Below, in pieces: positions 17,001-25,306 of a stretch of 64,000 nucleotides of DNA. Location of the stretch: NCBI GenBank assembly GCA_965216875.1, contig OZ244207.1:4032001-4096000 (forward strand), read 5' to 3'. Position 1 is the first letter of the stretch, and each line of letters begins with the position of its first letter. Under the pieces are notes generated by a model. The model saw only the letters and a list, made by a program, of their open reading frames with translations. It was not told the origin of the DNA and searched no databases. This DNA comes from Rubripirellula sp. (GTDB lineage Bacteria > Planctomycetota > Planctomycetia > Pirellulales > Pirellulaceae). The position numbers and the translations under genes are program-made.

Positions 17001-18684
17001 GACCCCGGTCTTTTTCGGGCTCGATCAACGCGATCTCAATCCGGAAAACTACTTTGACGACGATCCAACGGTTCGATATGTCGACCGGGCAAGCTACGTG
17101 ACGGTCGTCGACACGAGCGTGACCGATGTGAATCTAGGCGTGCATTTGCACGAAGAAGGCCAGCCGTCCGACCTTGAATTCAATGACAACATTGTGGCAT
17201 TCGCCTCCTACGACCAGACGCTCAACGAAGCTCAAACGCTAGAGGATGCCTATCACTACAAGACGACAACCTTCGCCTATTTCGCAGTGGACGACGACCA
17301 AAATGGAATCACCAACCAAGTCGAGAGCCTTATTGACGTGGCATCAGTCGACCACCACACCGATTTGGTGGTCGGCTTCAGTTGCAGCGAAGTGGCTCAG
17401 GACGTCAGCACCGTCGTCGCAACCATTACTCGGAATAACCGAGTCCCCTCCGACGAACCGATCACGATCGAATTGACCAGCGACAACCCGAGCCGAGCCT
17501 CCGTGCCGTCGTTTGTGACACTGCCTGCCAATGCGGATTCGGTCTCTTTCGATGTCACCGTCGCAGGTGGTGATCTGGGCCAAGTCGAGATTGCGGCAAA
17601 CGCCGAATACCACTTCCCGGGAATCGCAACACTGACCATCGGAAATGATGCGAAGTGCGATTTCGGCGACGCGCCGGCTCCCTACCCCACGCTTGCCGCC
17701 GACGGAGGAGCGAGCCATCTCGATACCGGACCGAGACTGGGTGCCATGCGTGACGCCGAAAACGATGGAGCGCCCGCGGCCGATGCCGATGGTGACGACC
17801 TCACAGCCGACGATGACGAGGATGGCGTCATGTTTGGTGTCATCCGCGAGCGACAGGTACTCGCCGGTGTGAACGTGCATCTACAAAACGCGGCGACAGC
17901 AAAGGTCGATGCCTGGATCGACTTCAATCGCAATGGTGCGTGGGAAGCGTCCGAAAAAATACTCGATAGTGTCGTGATTCAAAATGGATTGCAAACGCTC
18001 AACTATCACATCCCAGCAGGGGTAGCGACAGGCGATGCGATCGCGCGAGTACGCGTCAGTTCGGATGGAAACTTGCTGCCGACAGGGTTTGCTGCCGATG
18101 GCGAAGTCGAGGACCACGTTGTCACGATCAGCGATTCATTGATTGTCGAAAGCGTGATCGTCAACGATGGCGATCCGCAGCGATCGTCCGTCGAAAAGGT
18201 CACCGTGACATTCGATCGAACGGTCGATATCGATGGTGACCCGTTTGAGTTCATCAATACGGACACCGCAACAGCTGTCACCGAGATTCCCGTCGTATCG
18301 GTAGAGAACGGCAAGACGGTGGTGAACTTTACTTTCCAGCCGGGGCCATCGGTCAACCCAGCCGGCTCACTGCTTGACGGAGTCTATCGGCTGACGATCG
18401 ACGCAACCAAAGTCACCGCTGGTGGCCAATCACTTGATGGAGATGACGATGGCGCCGCAGGCGGCAACTTCGTCTTTGGCGACGAAACGCACGACAACTT
18501 CTTCCGCAAGTATGGCGACCACAACGGAAACAACTTGGTTGAACTGTTCGATTTCGCCGCCTTCCGAGGGACGTACAACAAACCCGACACCGACCCCGAT
18601 TACCTAGCGATGTTCGACGCCGACGGCGACACAGACATCGACCTATTTGACTTCGCCGCCTTCCGAAACAATTTCGGAAGCTAA
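14080..18684 (+). CDS. Large secreted modular protein: planctomycete export motif, SBBP beta-propeller repeats, OpgG/MdoG-like domain, Ig-like, GEVED, dockerin/EF-hand-like C-terminus
   Basis: LGIEILESRRMLA; 'DGNVYVTGWTQSTNFPT' repeats; 'DFGDAPAPYPTL', 'AWIDFNRNG', 'GEVEDH'; C-terminal 'GDHNGNNLVELFDFAAFR...DADGDTDIDLFDFAAFRNNFG'. Confidence 0.88.
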   Translation: MFGRDEIRKRSSRTSRSSRSRQQRRQYRRMQLGIEILESRRMLAWSFDGFEQNIGQHSEGDFLFYGDGHRTSIDNGTLTSVSNAGSSSPLVITLLDADPNAEATGVDERDFITNYYFGNNSSQWYERVPWHRAVRYDDILSGVDQWIHKSNSGRAEYTFVVAAGSDPDSIQLEIAGADSLALDTNGNLVATQGAHTFVQEAPIAFQLDDEGNQLSVSAQFVLTGDFTFAFDIGVYDVNRDLTIDPTFFWASTRGGGTSSDSIEAMTADLVGHTWSTGTTRSVKVPISVGDSSPAASTEVFVVKRDPFGTDLGATFVGGSNAESGSGIVRDDDGNVYVTGWTQSTNFPTRSASQTSLGGLTDAFLLRLNDDLTIDWSTYWGGTGFERGNDVAVDAGNNLFVSGTTGSTDFPLVGSTTEPAGGSDAFVMRVLPDGQIATSRTIGGSSSDFGKGIAVAPDQSVVLVGDTSSMNYPTTPGVVQREHGGQNDLYVTIFSNDLGEVLRSTYSGDDGHEVSSDVAIQSSGVIAIVGTDGKVGDSNPVNGDMAIYLIDSTLATPATTRRIGGFARDNGHAITVDTEDNLHAVGTAQAGSNEFSDVNWTPPGTSAGIDGIYAMLDPQGTILTAGRYGGIGDDEGNAVAVDFSGHVYVGGSTDSETFPLGQGDDLQVGGGDFYIANFLPENRDMTWQQLQQRALLRKQQPYARFNPPPNPIIDFPAVTNLDEASISYTGLIPFEDLFVDGRVRLHDTKLHFDLFTDLESNGSYQHRTWDETHADYSNTPVDPADIGLSGKVIARISAGLTSTFQTSYTIVGNGYARYQGAPPMKEGASHRTAGLFDVFDSDEKFASISEAYVRVIPGTDQLELMLLIDNDFYVMAQRQVFTPGDVASLMVENVILPRMDIDPALHPESGPGGFSSLHVRDEEDGPGQELHDSDVFFVGLDLNDDGQADELVTTRLVNPGEGIITVRHFEDMYDGTPVFFGLDQRDLNPENYFDDDPTVRYVDRASYVTVVDTSVTDVNLGVHLHEEGQPSDLEFNDNIVAFASYDQTLNEAQTLEDAYHYKTTTFAYFAVDDDQNGITNQVESLIDVASVDHHTDLVVGFSCSEVAQDVSTVVATITRNNRVPSDEPITIELTSDNPSRASVPSFVTLPANADSVSFDVTVAGGDLGQVEIAANAEYHFPGIATLTIGNDAKCDFGDAPAPYPTLAADGGASHLDTGPRLGAMRDAENDGAPAADADGDDLTADDDEDGVMFGVIRERQVLAGVNVHLQNAATAKVDAWIDFNRNGAWEASEKILDSVVIQNGLQTLNYHIPAGVATGDAIARVRVSSDGNLLPTGFAADGEVEDHVVTISDSLIVESVIVNDGDPQRSSVEKVTVTFDRTVDIDGDPFEFINTDTATAVTEIPVVSVENGKTVVNFTFQPGPSVNPAGSLLDGVYRLTIDATKVTAGGQSLDGDDDGAAGGNFVFGDETHDNFFRKYGDHNGNNLVELFDFAAFRGTYNKPDTDPDYLAMFDADGDTDIDLFDFAAFRNNFGS

Positions 18685-18734
18685 GACCTGCGTTTGCCGC
18701 CGGTGCGATGCCAAGAAAGCATAAGAGAAGCAGA

Positions 18735-18764
18735 CAGAATCACTGATTTCACAGCGTGATTCTG
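18735..18764. terminator. Inverted repeat between the convergent large CDS and tRNA-Val
   Basis: cagaatcac-(12 nt)-gtgattctg. Confidence 0.4.
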
Positions 18765-18771
18765 ATTTTGA

Positions 18772-18847
<76 letters not shown>

Positions 18848-18940
18848 GGATTTGGACATCGTGTGCTGATGTCGCTGAAATGTTTCGCTTGTATCGGAGG
18901 CGGCTAGGCAAGATACCGCCTCGCGTTGTGTCTTTATAGA

Positions 18941-19135
18941 CTACCGAGAGAGCATTCGGGTTCGGCGTGCTCGGCGCTCAGCTCGCAGGCGTGCGCGGCG
19001 GTTGGTTTCGCTCGGCTTTTCGTAGTATTCGCGGCGTCGCATCTCTTTCTTGATGCCACTGCGTTCGACCAATTTGCGGAATCGGCGGACGGCTTCCTGA
19101 ATCGTTTCTCGATCGCGAACTACTAACTTGACCAT
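18941..19135 (-). CDS. rpsU: 30S ribosomal protein S21
   Basis: [42 protein letters not shown]; true start at 19135, not the track's 19585. Confidence 0.95.
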   Translation of the reverse strand: MVKLVVRDRETIQEAVRRFRKLVERSGIKKEMRRREYYEKPSETNRRARLRAERRARRTRMLSR

Positions 19136-19395
19136 TTTTGCTCCGGTTTCATTGTCTTGAGCGACTCCCCATTTCGAGGGATGTGGTTTGAGTCTGTACC
19201 GATACCGCGGCACCGACGAGGGGTAGAAAGTGTAGCGAGACCCTTGCGGGAACGCTAGAGCATGCGAGAGCCCGTTTTTCCCTTTTTGCAACCTTGTTTT
19301 CAAGGCGGCTGAGACCGGGTTGGGGCTCGCACCCCATCTTCTCCATTTTCGTGGTTTGCCCCCGCCAAACTCCAGTTTTTCAAGGCATTTTGCGA

Positions 19396-19618
19396 AGTGA
19401 GCCACTGGCCGCCAGGCCTCGGGCCCTGGCCTCGTCCGCCAGGTAAAGTGCAAAGCCCGGCCGCTTACGCGATCGCGGCTCACGTCAGTCGAGCACCGGT
19501 GGCTAGCGCCAAAGCCGCTCATGGTTGGCCGGATAAGACCATTTTCTTGTCGCCCATCTTTCTGTCCCTCTTTTCGAAGCTCCATCGTTTGCCACAGAGT
19601 TCACCGAGGCCACCGAGA
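19396..19618. repeat. Cluster of REP-like repeats (GTGAG type and others)
   Basis: gtgagccactggccgccaggcctcgggcc; gcccggccgcttacgcgatcgcggctcac (inverse of the 36683 copy); attttcttgtcgcccatctttctgtc; ccacagagttcaccgaggccaccgag. Confidence 0.6.
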
Positions 19619-19620
19619 CT

Positions 19621-21033
19621 CTATTGAATCTCGGTCGAGCTGGTGAAGACGAGGCCGACTTGGGTGTTCTCGGGCGGGCCATCAATGCCGTAGCCTGGCA
19701 TTTGGTGATGGTTCCAGAGCTTCGCGACAGGTTTGCCGTCGACGCTCTCGGGAAGGATCAGGTAGTCGTAGGGCTCGCCATCGACGTCGACATCAAAACG
19801 CATCGACGGATCGACTCTGCTTTGCTTTAGTTCACCAAGCGTCACGGGGAGCCGCCCCGTCTCGAGCTGGAATTGCTTGATGGCAACGGCACACCGCGTC
19901 CAACGAATGTCGTTCGAACTGATCGCCATCGATTGCGACAAACCTTGCAGGGATGCGACCATGCCGTTTCCAACCGCGGCTTTCATGAACGGCACCTTCA
20001 ACCACGTGTCGGGCTGAAAACGTATCTCGCCGCTGCGCCCCAGGCTGGCGACCATCGTCGTGATGGCGTGGTGATGGTGGCGGGTGCCGACGTCGGGAAT
20101 CTTGTGAATCGCTTCAAGTGCCACGGCTGTATCGCGGAGCTCGCTCGGCGCGATCGTCGACCACGAGGCGATCTTGCGATTCTTGCTGCTGCGATAAGCG
20201 AATCGTTGCTGGTAGACCAAATCGCTGTATTGGCGATCCACAAAACCGGGCATGACGATTAAGAAGTTGATCGGCGCTGCGAAATCCCAGTACGCGGCGA
20301 CCTCATCCTGCTGACTTAACAATTCTTGAATCCGCGCGAGTTCCTCCGCAGACCAAAACTCACCGCTAAGTGAATCTCGGATCATGATGGTCAAGATGGC
20401 GCTGAATCCGTACGCCCCAAACCCGGTGCCGTTGGTTTCGCCGGAAGCAAGTTTTGCGAGCACCTCCAGTGTCTCCATCGCGCGCTCCGAATCACCTTGG
20501 TGATAGGCGTCGAGGAACTCTGTTTGAGGAACTTGGAGGAGGCCGCTGTTGGTCATCTGCGTCATCAGTTCACCGCTTGGCATGTAGACCAGCGGCATCC
20601 ACGTGACTTCGTTCTGTTGTTCGGCGAGCACTTTCAAGCGTTCATAAATCGGCTTACCACGTTCGGCGCAGACCCGCACGAATTCATGGCTTTCTTTTTC
20701 AGTCGTCCCAGGCGTGTAGATCGCGCGTGCGGCGTGGTGTTCGTTCCCTTCGATCGCATCACGCATGTCGAAGTACCAGTCGTCCGCAGCCGCTGCGACC
20801 TGTTTCAATTCCAGCGTGTGCCTTTTGGAAGTCTGATCTTCGTACCAGGTGGTGAAGGCGGTTGCTGGTGTACCGCCCGCGCCCGGCACAATCTGTTCGA
20901 CCGATCGAGCAACGGTCGCTCGATTGCTGCGCCAATTCACAGCCGCGATGATGCACAGGCTGGCGACCAATGCGATCGGCAACAACACCATTGGCAAATA
21001 GAGACGGTCGAGTCGATGGAGTGGTAATCTCAT
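19621..21033 (-). CDS. Membrane-anchored hypothetical protein, last gene of the GntR-ABC operon
   Basis: ATGA overlap with the permease stop; N-terminal TM; C-terminal 'AVAIKQFQLETGRLPVTLGEL...DGEPYDY' (pseudopilin-like tail). Confidence 0.75.
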   Translation of the reverse strand: MRLPLHRLDRLYLPMVLLPIALVASLCIIAAVNWRSNRATVARSVEQIVPGAGGTPATAFTTWYEDQTSKRHTLELKQVAAAADDWYFDMRDAIEGNEHHAARAIYTPGTTEKESHEFVRVCAERGKPIYERLKVLAEQQNEVTWMPLVYMPSGELMTQMTNSGLLQVPQTEFLDAYHQGDSERAMETLEVLAKLASGETNGTGFGAYGFSAILTIMIRDSLSGEFWSAEELARIQELLSQQDEVAAYWDFAAPINFLIVMPGFVDRQYSDLVYQQRFAYRSSKNRKIASWSTIAPSELRDTAVALEAIHKIPDVGTRHHHHAITTMVASLGRSGEIRFQPDTWLKVPFMKAAVGNGMVASLQGLSQSMAISSNDIRWTRCAVAIKQFQLETGRLPVTLGELKQSRVDPSMRFDVDVDGEPYDYLILPESVDGKPVAKLWNHHQMPGYGIDGPPENTQVGLVFTSSTEIQ

Positions 21034-23540
21034 GGTGTCACCTCGAGCATTTCCTTGCGAAAAGCTTGAATCTGGTTTTCCCATTCCATGCCCCAGTACT
21101 GACCTGGATACAGTTTGCCGACTTGGTACGAGAAACCGGTTTGCAGCGACATGATGGCCGGTATCTTCCGACGACGTTCGCTGTAAGGGCCAAACTCAAA
21201 GGGCATGGTTGGACCGAGCATCACTTCGTGCATGGCTTCGCGCCAGGGCCGGCCAAGCACCTCACGCAAGAGTTCGGCCTGACGCAAGTCAACTGCAACA
21301 AGGGCCGCAGCCGCAATCGTGTCCGCGCTGTCCCCATTCATCTTTGCGGGAAAGATTCCGCCGATGGTCGCAACGACGGCGGGTGTTTTTCCTCGGTTGA
21401 GGAACTTACGTCGACTCGCGAGCGTCGCTGCACGGCGAGCTTTGTTTCGCGAGTCGATCGTTGACATCCTCGAAGCGATCGCAACCAACTGCTCGCGGGA
21501 AACATGCTCGCGAATCTCTTTACGGGAAACCGTATCGATCAACCAGATTTCAACTTGGTCCGCCGTCTCTTGATCGGCCAACACGGGACTCTTGCGAAGC
21601 GAGGCGGCCAACCTTGAGGTCGCGTTGAGCCAATCCGAAAATGCCTCGACCGATTCATCGGGCGGAGCATTCGGTTTGTTGCCAGCGGTCGCATTTTCGA
21701 ACACGAGACGCTCGTGCATCAAACGCAACAAGATGTCTTGCCAATAGCGAAACTCGATGGTCGCCGTGGCCTCGGCTCCCAATAGCTGGTCCAAGCCAAC
21801 GATGAACTGCGACGGCGTAGCGCTGCGGCGAGAAATCAGCTCAATCGATTGGGTGATGTTCGTCGGCTTTTGATCAAAACGGTCTGGCGAACCTGGCTGG
21901 AATCGTCGCGTTTCGATCCGAACCGCCTTGGTAGCTCGATGGAGTGCCAGGTCGCCGTCGCCATTCATTTGCGAGCGAAGTGCCGTGGGTAGCGTGACGG
22001 AACTCGCGCTCGGCGCTGCCGCCCAAACCCAGAAGCCACACATCGCGCCCAACAAGACACATGAAACGATCGGCCCGATCGGTCGATCGCGAGCGTCCAT
22101 GTATCGCGGCATCAACCACCATGCCAACAGCATTGGAATGGCCGCCCAGAAACCAAGCCACATCGGTGAAACGTCAAAGAAAAGCGTCGCCTGAATCAGC
22201 CATCCAAACGCCCAAATCGAAATCACCGGAGCACACAGAAGTGACAACGTGATCGTGCGGAACTGCATCGACGCCAAGAGAGAGAACGAATAGACGATCC
22301 CCAAAGAACAGATCTGTGTCGCAAGGCTCGGTAGCGTGTAAGCCGCGAGATTGATTTGGTACACCACCGTGTTGGTCGCCCAGTACGTATAGAACAGGAT
22401 GGTGGTCGAAAGGATCGAAAGCGGCACCAATTGCCGCGCCCAAAACAGCTTCGTTGGCGAGACACCGCGGTCGGCCAGAAAACGTATCCGAGTGATGTTG
22501 GCGTCGCTTTTGAAGACAAGAATGCCAAGCAATGAGGCTGCGACGATGATCGGGAACGCACCGACGATCGACTGGGGGGCCTCCGCAAAGCTTGCCTTCG
22601 CAAAATGCATTGAACGCTCCATGCCGAAACAGATCAACGCAATGATTCCGACGATGGACCATCGCGAAGCATGGACGAACTGCCAAACCAGCGAGGCATA
22701 GGAGGTCGCAAACAGGGGCGGCTTCGAATCGATCGTTTCCGTTGTTTCGATCGCAACCGAAACGGTGGGAACATGTCGCGGCGCGCGTTGTGGCGACATG
22801 ACCTTGACCGCTCGCAAGTAAGACAGCGGGAGCACCACGGCGGTCGCGCCGAGCGAACAGATCATCCACCCCCACTGCTCGGCATCGCCACGCGTGTGTG
22901 CACCATAGAACGTCAAGTTCGTCCAAGAGAAAAGACTCGAAATCGCAAGGGGAGCCGCTGCGAGCGCGACGAAGACGGTCAACGCAAAGATTGGTTTTTC
23001 CAGCCGCCAAGATGCATAGAAACTGGCCGCCGCCAAATAGACCGAGTGCACCATCCACATTGGATAGGAAACCGGTGTGATCCCGTCATTGCTGCCGCTT
23101 AGTTCCGAAAACCGCCATCGAGTGATGTAGTTGTTCGTTAAGGATTCGATCAAAACGATGGTCAACAGCCATAGCCCGGCCAGTGTGACAAAGCCCAGAG
23201 CCATCTTCGTCAGTACGATCTGACGCGGTGATGGGGGAAGAGTCATCATCCAATCGAGCGTGCGATGCTCACGTTCTTGTCCGACCGACACCAGCCCCAC
23301 ACCGGTGGTGAAGAGGCCCGGAATCAACAACAACGTCATCTCCATCACCGCATCATCGTTCCAGCCGAGCTCTCGCGGTTGGCCAAAGACTTGTTGCAGA
23401 AAGCCGATCAAAACGGAAATGGTGACGACGGCGGCAACAAGCGGAAAGAGCAGTCTCGCCTCTTTCCAAACGAGCCAGCGATTGACCCACGACGGAATCA
23501 ACGGCGACGCTCCAACGGTCGATGCCTGCACCTGACTCAT
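21030..23540 (-). CDS. ABC-2 type transporter permease, extended (duplicated TM module plus soluble C-terminus)
   Basis: WLVWKEAR, GQEREHRTLDWMMTLP, second module FLADRGVSP; ATGA overlap with the ATPase stop. Confidence 0.85.
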   Translation of the reverse strand: MSQVQASTVGASPLIPSWVNRWLVWKEARLLFPLVAAVVTISVLIGFLQQVFGQPRELGWNDDAVMEMTLLLIPGLFTTGVGLVSVGQEREHRTLDWMMTLPPSPRQIVLTKMALGFVTLAGLWLLTIVLIESLTNNYITRWRFSELSGSNDGITPVSYPMWMVHSVYLAAASFYASWRLEKPIFALTVFVALAAAPLAISSLFSWTNLTFYGAHTRGDAEQWGWMICSLGATAVVLPLSYLRAVKVMSPQRAPRHVPTVSVAIETTETIDSKPPLFATSYASLVWQFVHASRWSIVGIIALICFGMERSMHFAKASFAEAPQSIVGAFPIIVAASLLGILVFKSDANITRIRFLADRGVSPTKLFWARQLVPLSILSTTILFYTYWATNTVVYQINLAAYTLPSLATQICSLGIVYSFSLLASMQFRTITLSLLCAPVISIWAFGWLIQATLFFDVSPMWLGFWAAIPMLLAWWLMPRYMDARDRPIGPIVSCVLLGAMCGFWVWAAAPSASSVTLPTALRSQMNGDGDLALHRATKAVRIETRRFQPGSPDRFDQKPTNITQSIELISRRSATPSQFIVGLDQLLGAEATATIEFRYWQDILLRLMHERLVFENATAGNKPNAPPDESVEAFSDWLNATSRLAASLRKSPVLADQETADQVEIWLIDTVSRKEIREHVSREQLVAIASRMSTIDSRNKARRAATLASRRKFLNRGKTPAVVATIGGIFPAKMNGDSADTIAAAALVAVDLRQAELLREVLGRPWREAMHEVMLGPTMPFEFGPYSERRRKIPAIMSLQTGFSYQVGKLYPGQYWGMEWENQIQAFRKEMLEVTP

Positions 23541-24514
23541 TGCATCGCCTCCGCCGTGTGGCCAGCGTTGTCGGCTGCCTCGTCCATTGGGTCGGGTGGC
23601 CATGGCGGATCGACGTCATCTTCGATGTCTCCGCTTGTATAGGCAACGAAGATCTCCTCGAGCGTCGCGACTCGAAACCGCACATCGATGACGCCCGGTG
23701 TTTCGCGAATGACCGAAGCCATCTCGGGATCAAAACCTCGAACAAAGAGTTGATGTTGGCGCGCCTCGGTCGACTCGCTCAGCACCTTCGCAGGCTGCGG
23801 AAGCATCAACATGGCGCGGAACGGATCTTCGACATCGATGATCACTTCCCAAATCGATTCACGCAGTTCAGCTAGCGGCGAAACGAGCTTCAGCCGCCCT
23901 TGATGCATGATCGCGATCGTGTCCGCAACCCGCTCAACTTCGCTAATCTGATGGCTCGACAAAAAGACGGTCCGCCCTGTAGCCGCTCGGTCGATCATGC
24001 TCTCCAAAAAGTTGCGACGCACCTTGGGATCAAGGCCCGAAGTCGGTTCATCCATGATCAAGAGCGCCGGATCGTGTGCAAGGGCAAGTGACAGGGCCAC
24101 CTTCGCGCGTTGTCCCTTACTGAGGTGTTTGATTTTCCGATCGACAGGCACGTCATAGCGGCGAATCGACTCTTCGTACCGCGGCAGGAACTTGGCATCG
24201 TAAAACGAGGCGGCAAACCCGCCGATCTGGTTCACGGTCATCCAGTCGTACAGTGCGGGGGCGTCGGAGACGTATCCGATTTGCCGCCGTACCGCTTGAG
24301 GGTCACGGCTCGGGTCAATCCCGCCGACGCGGCAGCTCCCGCCGGACGGTTTCAGGTATCCCGTCAGAATCCGAATCATCGTCGTTTTGCCAGCGCCGTT
24401 TTCGCCAAGCAATGCGAACACGTTGCCGGGTCGAATATCAAGGTCAACGCCGTCGAGCGCTTTGCAGCGACGAAACCGCATTCGCAGGTTTTGGGCTGTG
24501 ATCACCGAATCCAT
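23537..24514 (-). CDS. ABC transporter ATP-binding protein
   Basis: GENGAGKTT, LSKGQ, LIMDEPTSGLD, LSSH. Confidence 0.96.
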   Translation of the reverse strand: MDSVITAQNLRMRFRRCKALDGVDLDIRPGNVFALLGENGAGKTTMIRILTGYLKPSGGSCRVGGIDPSRDPQAVRRQIGYVSDAPALYDWMTVNQIGGFAASFYDAKFLPRYEESIRRYDVPVDRKIKHLSKGQRAKVALSLALAHDPALLIMDEPTSGLDPKVRRNFLESMIDRAATGRTVFLSSHQISEVERVADTIAIMHQGRLKLVSPLAELRESIWEVIIDVEDPFRAMLMLPQPAKVLSESTEARQHQLFVRGFDPEMASVIRETPGVIDVRFRVATLEEIFVAYTSGDIEDDVDPPWPPDPMDEAADNAGHTAEAMQ

Positions 24515-24568
24515 CGAGAGACTCCGAAGACAAGAGCGTGCAACAAGACAAAGAGGTTCGACAACAAA

Positions 24569-25006
24569 CTAAGAATTGACTTCTTCGGCCGACGCATCGG
24601 GTGATGGCGTCAGGACGCTGGGAGTGGTTTTGGCCAATCCCTTTAAATGCTTGGCAACGATCGCTTCAATCCGCTTGCGATCAAGCCCCGCGTTCCATGC
24701 CTCTGAAATGGCAGTACCAATTCGGTCGGCGATCACTCCCTCGCGTTCCTTGCGGCAGACCGCGACGGCACCGTCACAAACGGCCATCCCTCGGCCACGA
24801 ATCGATTCAATCACCCCAGCGTTCTGCAGTTCGCTGAACGCGCGTGCGACCGTATTCGGATTGATCGTCAAGCGATTGGAGAGGACGCGCGCACTGGGCA
24901 GCAATTGCCCCGGCGTGATCGTCCCGGCCGCGACCGCAAATTTGACTTGTCGAACGATCTGCAAATAGATCGCGACATCGCTATGAACATCGATAGATAA
25001 AAACAT
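24569..25006 (-). CDS. GntR family transcriptional regulator (YtrA subfamily)
   Basis: IYLQIVRQVK, GQLLPSARVLS, INPNTVARAFSEL, RGRG; short protein leading an ABC-2 operon. Confidence 0.93.
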   Translation of the reverse strand: MFLSIDVHSDVAIYLQIVRQVKFAVAAGTITPGQLLPSARVLSNRLTINPNTVARAFSELQNAGVIESIRGRGMAVCDGAVAVCRKEREGVIADRIGTAISEAWNAGLDRKRIEAIVAKHLKGLAKTTPSVLTPSPDASAEEVNS

Positions 25007-25046
25007 CTCGCCCAGCCGTATCAATGAAACGAGTAAGACACCAGAT

Positions 25047-25091
25047 GGGTTCACTAGTTAGATAGTACACCCATTCAGGAGAGGCTGTCAA
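25047..25091 (-). promoter_or_regulatory. Sigma70 promoter with overlapping YtrA-type operator palindrome
   Basis: Minus strand TTGACA (25091-86), 18-nt spacer, TACTAT (25067-62); palindrome GGGTTCACTA-GTTAGA-TAGTACACCC (25047-72) covers the -10. Confidence 0.7.
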
Positions 25092-25129
25092 GCGTTTTTT
25101 GTAAGCCATGCTCCGCATGACATCCGCTG

Positions 25130-25289
25130 GTAGGCCGAACGCGCTCGCGGCGGGGCTTTGTCAGCAACAGAATCACCCTCCCGCTTGCGGGAGGGTCGGG
25201 CGTTAAAGCCCGGGGAGGGCATCCCGAAGGGCCCACCGGGTAAGTGCGGTGCCGGATCGGTGTCGCTGTCGCTCCTTGATCCGGCCTAC
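25130..25289. repeat. REP-like repeat cluster
   Basis: aatcaccctcccgcttgcgggagggtcgg...ccggggaggg (second copy from 28862); tgccggatcggtgtcgctgtcgctccttgatccggcctac (inverse of 6235-6273). Confidence 0.8.
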
Positions 25290-25306
25290 GAGTTGCAGCC
25301 TACGGA

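Noticed and set aside
19136..19585. 150-aa N-terminal extension of rpsU
   Set aside because: Runs through REP repeats and promoter sequence; S21 homology starts at ATG 19135.
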